Below, one piece after another: positions 57,660 through 64,000 of a DNA stretch of 64,000 bases. The translations under genes and the position numbers were made by a program. The stretch lies in NCBI GenBank assembly GCA_965248195.1, contig CBDFIQ010000002.1, positions 2,144,001-2,208,000 of the forward strand, given 5' to 3'. Below the pieces are notes generated by a model that searched no databases, was not told the DNA's origin, and worked only from the letters and a program-made list of their open reading frames with translations. The DNA comes from Longimicrobiales bacterium. GTDB taxonomy: Bacteria; Gemmatimonadota; Gemmatimonadetes; Longimicrobiales; Gaopeijiaceae. Each line of letters starts with the position of its first letter. Within the stretch, counting starts at the first letter, position 1.

Positions 57660-58661
57660 ATGATGATGACGCATAGGTGGGAAGGGACGTCATTCGTCCC
57701 GTCGATCCTTCTTCTTGCGGTCCTGACTTCATCCGGATGTGCCCCCGGGGACCGTCCTGACATCCTCTCGCTGGCAACGGCGGGCACCGGAGGTGTCTAC
57801 TACGTGCTGGGGGGATCGATCGCGGAGCTCTGGAGCCGCGAGTTGCCGGAGCATGATTTCGTAGCCGAGGTCACGGGCGGCTCAGTCGAGAATCTCAGCC
57901 TACTCCTGGGCGGTGATGTCCACGTGGCCTTCTCTATGGGTACGAACGCCCATGAGGTGTTCTACGCAAGGGGATCTTTTTCGGAGCGGGAGCCGGCGCG
58001 GGTTCTCGCTCTCACTGCGCTCTATCCGAACGTCCTTCACCTGGTCACCGTGGAAGGAACAGGAGTGGAGAGCCTCGTTGACCTCGTGGGGCGACGGGTC
58101 TCCGTAGGAGCGCCAGGGAGTGGGACCGAAGTGGCCGCCCGAACCCTGCTGGAAGGAAACGGGATCGGCTACGACGATTTCCGGCCCCAGCGTCTCAATT
58201 TCAACGAGACTGCTTCTGCGCTCCGGGACGGGAACATAGACGCCGGATTCTTGAGCGCCGGCACCCCTACCAGTGCCCTCATGGACCTGGCTACGGCGCG
58301 GACTATGCGACTCGTTGCGATCGGAGCGACGGAAGTGGAGAACACTGGGGTCTTGGACCCGACCGTGAGTCGCGATTTCTTCCTTCCAGGAACATACCCC
58401 GGCCAGGAAATCGAGGTGGAGACATTGAGTACACCCAACCTCCTCGTGGTCCGCGCCGACATGTCGGAGGAGCTCGTCTACGATCTGATTCAAGCGCTAT
58501 CCGCGGTACAGACGGAGTTAGCTGGCGTGCATCCTGCGGCGCGCCACATCTCGGCGGAGTACACCCTGGACGCTTCTCCCATCCCGCTCCACCCGGGTGC
58601 CGTTCGCTATTTCGTGGAAGCAGGATACGAGGTGCCCGAGCGTCTGATCTTTTCCCCGTGA
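57660..58661 (+). CDS. TAXI-family TRAP solute-binding lipoprotein
   Basis: Lipobox SSGC, ATAGTGGVYY, TGGSVEN, GAPGSGTE, IPLHPGAVRYF. Confidence 0.93.
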   Translation: MMMTHRWEGTSFVPSILLLAVLTSSGCAPGDRPDILSLATAGTGGVYYVLGGSIAELWSRELPEHDFVAEVTGGSVENLSLLLGGDVHVAFSMGTNAHEVFYARGSFSEREPARVLALTALYPNVLHLVTVEGTGVESLVDLVGRRVSVGAPGSGTEVAARTLLEGNGIGYDDFRPQRLNFNETASALRDGNIDAGFLSAGTPTSALMDLATARTMRLVAIGATEVENTGVLDPTVSRDFFLPGTYPGQEIEVETLSTPNLLVVRADMSEELVYDLIQALSAVQTELAGVHPAARHISAEYTLDASPIPLHPGAVRYFVEAGYEVPERLIFSP

Positions 58662-58693
58662 GACATCCCGATATCCGCGTCGGTGGATAACCG

Positions 58694-60682
58694 GTGAGTT
58701 CCGCTGGTGAGCCCTCGATCCCGAGGAGGGACCTGGGTCTCCCAACCTTTTCCGCAGCGACCTTCGTCGTTCTTGCGATCGCCCTCTCGCTCTTCCAGCT
58801 CTACTTATCGGGCGTCCGGCCGATCGGACTCTTCTACGAGAGAGCGTTCCATCTGGCGGTCATTCAGGTCTTGGCCTTTCTCCTCTTTCCGACGAAGGGT
58901 CGCGAAACGTCCGGGGTTCGAAGTGGATTGGCATGGACGGTTGACGCCACTCTCATCGCTGGCTCCATCTTCGCGGCCCTCTACCTCACGCTCAATCTAG
59001 ACGCCATCGTGAATCGGGCAGGGGCCTGGGAGGGCGCCGACGTTTTCGCGGGCGGAGTGGCAGTGGTCACGCTCCTCGAAGCGTGCCGAAGGGCGTTGGG
59101 GTGGCCTATTTCGTTCATCGCCGTCTGTTTCATCGGCTACGGGTATGCGGGTCCCGCACTCCCCGGCCTGCTTCGGCATGGAGGCTACAGCACCGGACGG
59201 CTCGTGGGACAGCTTTATTTGGGCCAGGAGGGGATTTACGGGATCCCGTTGGGCGTAGCCGCCTCCTTCGTCTTCATCTTCATCTTGTTCGGAGCCCTGC
59301 TGGAGGTCACCGGCGCGGGCCAGTTTTTCATCGACCTGGCGTACGCGGTTACCGGAAGACAGCGCGGAGGACCCGCAAAGGCGGCCGTTCTGGCCTCTGC
59401 CGCGATGGGGTCCGTGTCTGGGAGTGCCATCGCCAACGTCGTAACCAGCGGGGCGTTCACCATTCCCCTCATGAAAAAGGTCGGATACCGTGCTGAGGAG
59501 GCCGGCGGTATCGAGGCGGCCGCAAGTACCGGGGGTCAAATCCTTCCCCCGATCATGGGGGCCGGAGCGTTTCTGATCGCCGAATATACCGGGCTGCCTT
59601 ATCTGGAGGTCGTCAAGGCGGGCCTCGTTCCCGCGATTCTATACATGGGAACCGTTTTCGTCTTCGTGCACCTCGTGGCGGTCGCGAGAGATCTCAAGGG
59701 CCTTCCAGCCTCCGAGCTTCCCCAGTTCGGGACGACGTTGGCCAAGGGCTGGCACTTCCTCGCAGCCCTAGTGGTCCTGATGGCCGCGCTCCTCATGGAT
59801 TTTTCGGTGGCCCGGGTCGGATTCTTTTCGTGCGTAGCGGTGGTGGCACTGGCGGCCTTGCGAGCCGCGTGGGACCGGACCCTACCCGGGAATCAAGTGG
59901 GCTCGAGGCCGGGAGAAGGGCTTCCGGGACCCTTCGCTGGCTGGGTCGGCGGCGGGATTGCACGCATTGTGGATGGGTTCGTCGTTGCGTGCCGAAACGC
60001 ACTTCCAGTGAGTCTGGCCTGCGCCGTGGCGGGAATCATCGTGGGCATCGTCGGCCTCACGGGTCTGGGCCTCAAATTTTCGGCCCTCATGCTTTCTCTT
60101 TCCCAGGGGAATCTCTTTCTTGCCCTGATACTCCTGCTTCTGGCAAGTCTCGTGCTTGGGATGGGACTTCCCGTAACCGCCAGTTACGTCGTCCTTATCG
60201 TCCTCGCCGGCCCGGTACTGATCAATGATTTCGGTCTTCCTGTCCTGATCGCTCACCTGCTCGTGTTCTGGTACTCCCAGGACTCCAACGTCACACCCCC
60301 CGTCTGCCTCGCTGCTTACGCAGCCGCGGGTGTCGCCGGATCCGACCCCATGCGCACCGGGCTCCAGGCATGGAAGTACGCCAAGGGACTTTATCTCATA
60401 CCGCTCCTCATGGTGGTGCATCCCGAGCTCGCCTTAGGGGGTGCGTGGCCGGTAGTGCTCGGGAAGGCGACGATGTCGATGGTGGCGTTAGCCGCGTTCG
60501 CCGCTGCGCTGGAGGGACACTCGCTGAAGCGTCTCACCGTAGGAGGTCGGATCCTGCTTCTGGTAGGCGCCTCCACCGCGTTTTTTCCGTCCTTCCTGGT
60601 GGGCGGTCTGGGAGCCCTAGGCGTCGTCGCCTACACCCTGAAGGACATCCGAAAACCGGATCACCCCGCGCCTTTTCACTGA
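58694..60682 (+). CDS. TAXI-TRAP fused 4TM/12TM permease
   Basis: GGPAKAAV, SGSAIANVV, EAAASTGGQILPPIMGAGAF, LGMGLPVTASY, VTPPVCLAAY. Confidence 0.94.
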   Translation: MSSAGEPSIPRRDLGLPTFSAATFVVLAIALSLFQLYLSGVRPIGLFYERAFHLAVIQVLAFLLFPTKGRETSGVRSGLAWTVDATLIAGSIFAALYLTLNLDAIVNRAGAWEGADVFAGGVAVVTLLEACRRALGWPISFIAVCFIGYGYAGPALPGLLRHGGYSTGRLVGQLYLGQEGIYGIPLGVAASFVFIFILFGALLEVTGAGQFFIDLAYAVTGRQRGGPAKAAVLASAAMGSVSGSAIANVVTSGAFTIPLMKKVGYRAEEAGGIEAAASTGGQILPPIMGAGAFLIAEYTGLPYLEVVKAGLVPAILYMGTVFVFVHLVAVARDLKGLPASELPQFGTTLAKGWHFLAALVVLMAALLMDFSVARVGFFSCVAVVALAALRAAWDRTLPGNQVGSRPGEGLPGPFAGWVGGGIARIVDGFVVACRNALPVSLACAVAGIIVGIVGLTGLGLKFSALMLSLSQGNLFLALILLLLASLVLGMGLPVTASYVVLIVLAGPVLINDFGLPVLIAHLLVFWYSQDSNVTPPVCLAAYAAAGVAGSDPMRTGLQAWKYAKGLYLIPLLMVVHPELALGGAWPVVLGKATMSMVALAAFAAALEGHSLKRLTVGGRILLLVGASTAFFPSFLVGGLGALGVVAYTLKDIRKPDHPAPFH

Positions 60683-60718
60683 TCCGCGCCCCTCGAGGCG
60701 AAAGATCAGCACCGTGCC

Positions 60719-61117
60719 CTACAAGCCACAGTACCGGAGGTACGACTGAACTTCCAACAGAATGTGATCACCGGGGTCGGTCCAGATCCCCCGCGTCGTA
60801 CACTCCCCACCGGCTAGCACGTCGATGCGGATTCGGAGTTCCTCAGTCCAGTCCCAGGGGAGCATGAACATGCCCGTCCTGGTTCCGCTGACCCTCCCCA
60901 GGCGGACCCGCTTACCGGACCAAAGCGCGTGAAGCGTGATGTCGTCGAACCCGTGGTTGATGACCTCGATATTGATCCTCGCTTCAGCCTGAGAGGTGAA
61001 GGGGGCGGGTCTCGACCGGGCGCACCCAAAGCCCGCGCCGGTGAGCACCACACTCAACAAAGCGATGCGTCCAGCGGCGGAAGCACGCCTGCCACGACGA
61101 ACGATTTTCTCACGCAT
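60719..61117 (-). CDS. Hypothetical lipoprotein
   Basis: Basic N-region, hydrophobic core, GFG-C lipobox-like site, INIEVINHGFDDITL, RLGRVSG. Confidence 0.65.
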   Translation of the reverse strand: MREKIVRRGRRASAAGRIALLSVVLTGAGFGCARSRPAPFTSQAEARINIEVINHGFDDITLHALWSGKRVRLGRVSGTRTGMFMLPWDWTEELRIRIDVLAGGECTTRGIWTDPGDHILLEVQSYLRYCGL

Positions 61118-61246
61118 CTCGAACTCCTTTCCGGACCGGCAACATAAGAAAACCTCGAGGCCCACTCAACACACGATCTCAATATAGATAAGTACTCGCC
61201 AGGACTCGCTCAGGTCCTTTGGACGAGACGCTCTTAGGGCGGAGAA

Positions 61247-62752
61247 TTAGAGGGCTACGCCCTCCTCGGCCATTCCCTTCACGGCCCGAACCGCCTGGGC
61301 CCAACCGGCGATAAGCGTCGCACGCTCGGTGTCTGACATGCTTGATGTGAACCGGGTAGCCTCTCCCTGAGAGGCGAGGAAATCCTCGGCATGCGACCAC
61401 AGCCCGGTGGCAAGTCCGGCCAAGCCCGCCGCACCCAAAGCGGTGGTCTCAACCACCTCCGGGCGGCGCACAGGGACCCGCAACAACCCGGACTGAAAAC
61501 CCAATAGCCAATCGTTCTTTGCCGCTCCACCGTCGACACGCAGCTCTGTCGTTTTCGTCGAGGAGTCCGCTTCCATGGCATCGAGGACCTCCTGGGTGCC
61601 GTACGCCATCGCCTCCAACGCAGCCCGTACCAAATGCTCCCGGGTCGTACCTCGCGTAAGACCAAAGAGGGCTCCACGAGCCTCGGGCACCCAGTGTGGT
61701 GCCCCGAGCCCCACGAACGCCGGGGAGAAGTAGACTCCGTCATTCGACTCCAATTCTGCAGCCATCGCCTCCGACTCCGCCGCGTCGTCGATCAGGCCCA
61801 GTCCATCGCGGAGCCATTGAATCGCGGCCCCAGCGATGAAAACCGAGCCTTCCAGGGCGAACGCCAGCCCTCCCCGCGAATCACACGCCGCCGTGGTGAG
61901 GAGGCCGTGTTTCGAGGGCACGATCCGCTCCCCGGTGTGCATGAGGAGAAAGGCACCCGTGCCGTACGTACTTTTGGCCAAACCTGGAGACCAGCATCCC
62001 TGTCCGAACAGCGCCGCCTGTTGGTCGCCCGCGACCCCCGCAACCGGGACCTCGATCCCCAGCGCCTCACCTCGAACCACGCCGAAGTCGCCGCTGCTGG
62101 CGCGCACCTCCGGAAGAAGCGCCTGGGGGATCTCGAGCGTGTCGAGAAGCCACGGATCCCACGCCGCGAGGGACAGGTTGAACAGCAGAGTACGGGAGGC
62201 GTTCGTAGGATCGGTCGCGTGGACCGCGCCGTTCGTGAGCCGCGCGATCAGCCAGGTGTCGATCGTTCCGGCCACCAACTCTCCCTCTTCGGCCCGGGCC
62301 CGAAGCTCCGGGTGCTCGCGAAGGAGCCAAAGTAGCTTGGTAGCGGAAAAGTAAGGATCCAGCACAAGTCCAGTGCGCTCGCGTATCTCCGCCTCGTGGC
62401 CCGCCTTCTTGAGATCAGCACACAATCCGGCGGTGCGACGGTCCTGCCAGACGATCGCCCGATGGACCGGTTCCAGCGTCGCACGATCCCAAAGAACGAT
62501 CGTCTCGCGTTGATTCGTGATCCCGATTCCCCTGACATCGGCTCCCGCTGCCGAGGCGAGGGCCTCGCGTGCGACGGTCTGCGTGACCTCCCAGACTTCA
62601 ATTGCGTCGTGCTCGACCCAGCCAGGCTGGGGGAAGTACTGTGTGAACTCCGAATAGGCCCTGCCGAGGACCCGGCCATCCTCAGAGAACACGAGACAGG
62701 TGGTGCCCGTGGTCCCCTGGTCGATGGCTAGAATCGATGGAGTGCGGCTCAT
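61247..62752 (-). CDS. glpK: Glycerol kinase
   Basis: AIDQGTTGT, TNQRET, GDQQAALFG, KSTYGTG, RVDGG, ETTALGAA. Confidence 0.97.
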   Translation of the reverse strand: MSRTPSILAIDQGTTGTTCLVFSEDGRVLGRAYSEFTQYFPQPGWVEHDAIEVWEVTQTVAREALASAAGADVRGIGITNQRETIVLWDRATLEPVHRAIVWQDRRTAGLCADLKKAGHEAEIRERTGLVLDPYFSATKLLWLLREHPELRARAEEGELVAGTIDTWLIARLTNGAVHATDPTNASRTLLFNLSLAAWDPWLLDTLEIPQALLPEVRASSGDFGVVRGEALGIEVPVAGVAGDQQAALFGQGCWSPGLAKSTYGTGAFLLMHTGERIVPSKHGLLTTAACDSRGGLAFALEGSVFIAGAAIQWLRDGLGLIDDAAESEAMAAELESNDGVYFSPAFVGLGAPHWVPEARGALFGLTRGTTREHLVRAALEAMAYGTQEVLDAMEADSSTKTTELRVDGGAAKNDWLLGFQSGLLRVPVRRPEVVETTALGAAGLAGLATGLWSHAEDFLASQGEATRFTSSMSDTERATLIAGWAQAVRAVKGMAEEGVAL

Positions 62753-63053
62753 GGATGTTCGCTGCCTGGGATGCGCGGCGTGCTACTTCGATAAATCCGA
62801 AGGTGTCTGTGACTTGGCCAATCATGCAAGGTTCTCGGTCAGGGAGAGCCGGCACTTAACATAATGTCCCGTCCACCCTCCTCGGACGCCCTCACCCCCT
62901 TTTACACAAAGCACCCCTTGCGGCCCGCGTAAGCGGGGAGCACTTTGCCCCCTAGCCTTCTTGGGGCGTGGTCTACGCCTGTGTGGCGCCGGCCGCGACC
63001 ACCTCGCGGCGGTTCGACAGGGATCAAACAGCTCTAGGGCTGGAAGGTCATTC

Positions 63054-64000
63054 GTGCATAGGAGACACTTTCTCAAGACCGGCGGCGGCGCGGGGCTCGG
63101 TCTCGCCCTTGGTGCTTGCAGCTATCGCGCAGCAGGGCTGGGGGCCCCGTGGGTGCGGCCCGCCAATCTGGTTCCAGTCCAGGTCTCGTGGGACCGCATC
63201 ATCCGGACAACCGTCGCGTTGCGCCCCTATCGCGAGTCAGGGTTCGTGCTCAGGTCAGAGCGCTTCGACCACAAAACGGTGATACATAACTACGGCCACG
63301 GTGGGTCGGGGATGTCGCTCTCGTGGGGAACCGCGCACCTGGCAGCCGACCTCGCGGTCCATCACCCCGAGCGTCGGGCCGCGGTCATCGGCTGCGGCAT
63401 CATCGGGCTGACCTGCGCGCGGGTGTTGCAGCGCCGCGGTTTCCAGGTGGCGATCTACGCGAAGGTGCTGCCGCCCGACACGACGTCGAACAAATTATTT
63501 GGGGGGTTCACGCCCAACTCGACGCTTGTCAGCCAGCGGACGGCCCGGTGGGACAAGCAGTTCCGCCGGGCGGTCGAGATCGCGTACCGCGAGCACAGCC
63601 TCCTGGCCGGTCGCGGATACGGCGTGCGATGGATCGACGGGTACTCACAGATGGACAACCTTGATGGAGCTGGCACACAGGGCCGCACGGGCGGTGATGG
63701 CCGCGTCGAGGAGGATCCGCTGATGCCGAGAAGCTTCTCGGTGGATAGGGTCCTGCTGGAGCCGGGCCAGCACCCGTTCCGGATGCGGTACGCGCGACGA
63801 TCGCCGAGGCTGCAGTTCGATCCGGACATTTACCTCGACGCTCTCATGCGAGACGTGCTCACCTTTGGCGGCAGCATATCCGCACGCGAATTCGACACGC
63901 CACGCGACTTCATGTCGCTGCCCGAGCCCCTGATCGTGAACTGCACGGGCCTTGGCGCAAAGAAACTCTTTAACGATCACGAGCTGACTCCAGTGAAAGG
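63054..64000 (+). CDS. D-amino-acid-oxidase-like flavoprotein, Tat-exported lipoprotein; runs off the window
   Basis: Manual translation from GTG 63054: MHRRHFLKTGGGAGLGLALGAC...VALRPYR...IHNYGHGGSGMSLSWG...AVIGCGIIG...IVNCTGLGA. Not in the ORF track because there is no stop in the window. Confidence 0.88.
   Translation, partial: MHRRHFLKTGGGAGLGLALGACSYRAAGLGAPWVRPANLVPVQVSWDRIIRTTVALRPYRESGFVLRSERFDHKTVIHNYGHGGSGMSLSWGTAHLAADLAVHHPERRAAVIGCGIIGLTCARVLQRRGFQVAIYAKVLPPDTTSNKLFGGFTPNSTLVSQRTARWDKQFRRAVEIAYREHSLLAGRGYGVRWIDGYSQMDNLDGAGTQGRTGGDGRVEEDPLMPRSFSVDRVLLEPGQHPFRMRYARRSPRLQFDPDIYLDALMRDVLTFGGSISAREFDTPRDFMSLPEPLIVNCTGLGAKKLFNDHELTPVK

Noticed and set aside
62753..63053. Structured ncRNA between glpK and the oxidase gene (CCGC-GTAA-GCGG and other hairpins)
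   Set aside because: Short GC-rich hairpins with no recognisable family motif or terminator; compatible with an ordinary divergent promoter region.
1..64000. Many long antisense or alternate-frame ORFs (e.g. 10222..11196 +, 21738..22928 +, 26965..28029 +, 52698..53849 +)
   Set aside because: Shadow ORFs expected in high-GC coding DNA; they overlap well-supported genes and have no recognisable motifs.

Overview
High-GC bacterial core-genome window with about 50 genes and no mobile element, prophage or CRISPR array. Gene content and order suggest Gemmatimonadota (inference, not a database result). Left to right: a MacAB-TolC-like exporter with two permeases but no ATPase; bshB1; a HIRAN protein; iscS-mnmA; then a long minus-strand housekeeping tract (dnaJ, grpE, cinA, pgsA, mglA, recR, ybaB, dnaX, SRP RNA, yraN, aroF, smc, rsfS, rplI, rpsF-rpsR, hppA, pth, rplY, prs, tRNA-Gln, ispE, pdxJ, hflX, cca, gmhA, alaS, recA, ccm operon, gltB); a divergent TAXI-TRAP transporter; glpK; and a partial D-amino-acid-oxidase-like gene. 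Most notable: (1) ribosomal proteins bS6 and bS18 are one fused polypeptide, still behind an S6:S18-type autoregulatory leader; (2) the gltB 5' leader has an intrinsic terminator with competing antiterminator and anti-antiterminator helices, a candidate new nitrogen-status riboswitch or attenuator; (3) the SRP RNA has a UUGCC pentaloop instead of the GNRA tetraloop; (4) hflX and an outer-membrane protein gene may start at AUU; (5) mglA lacks its mglB partner; (6) a BY-kinase-like pseudo-ATPase/TM/SPOR-like gene overlaps the smc start. All family calls are by eye from motifs; no searches were run.
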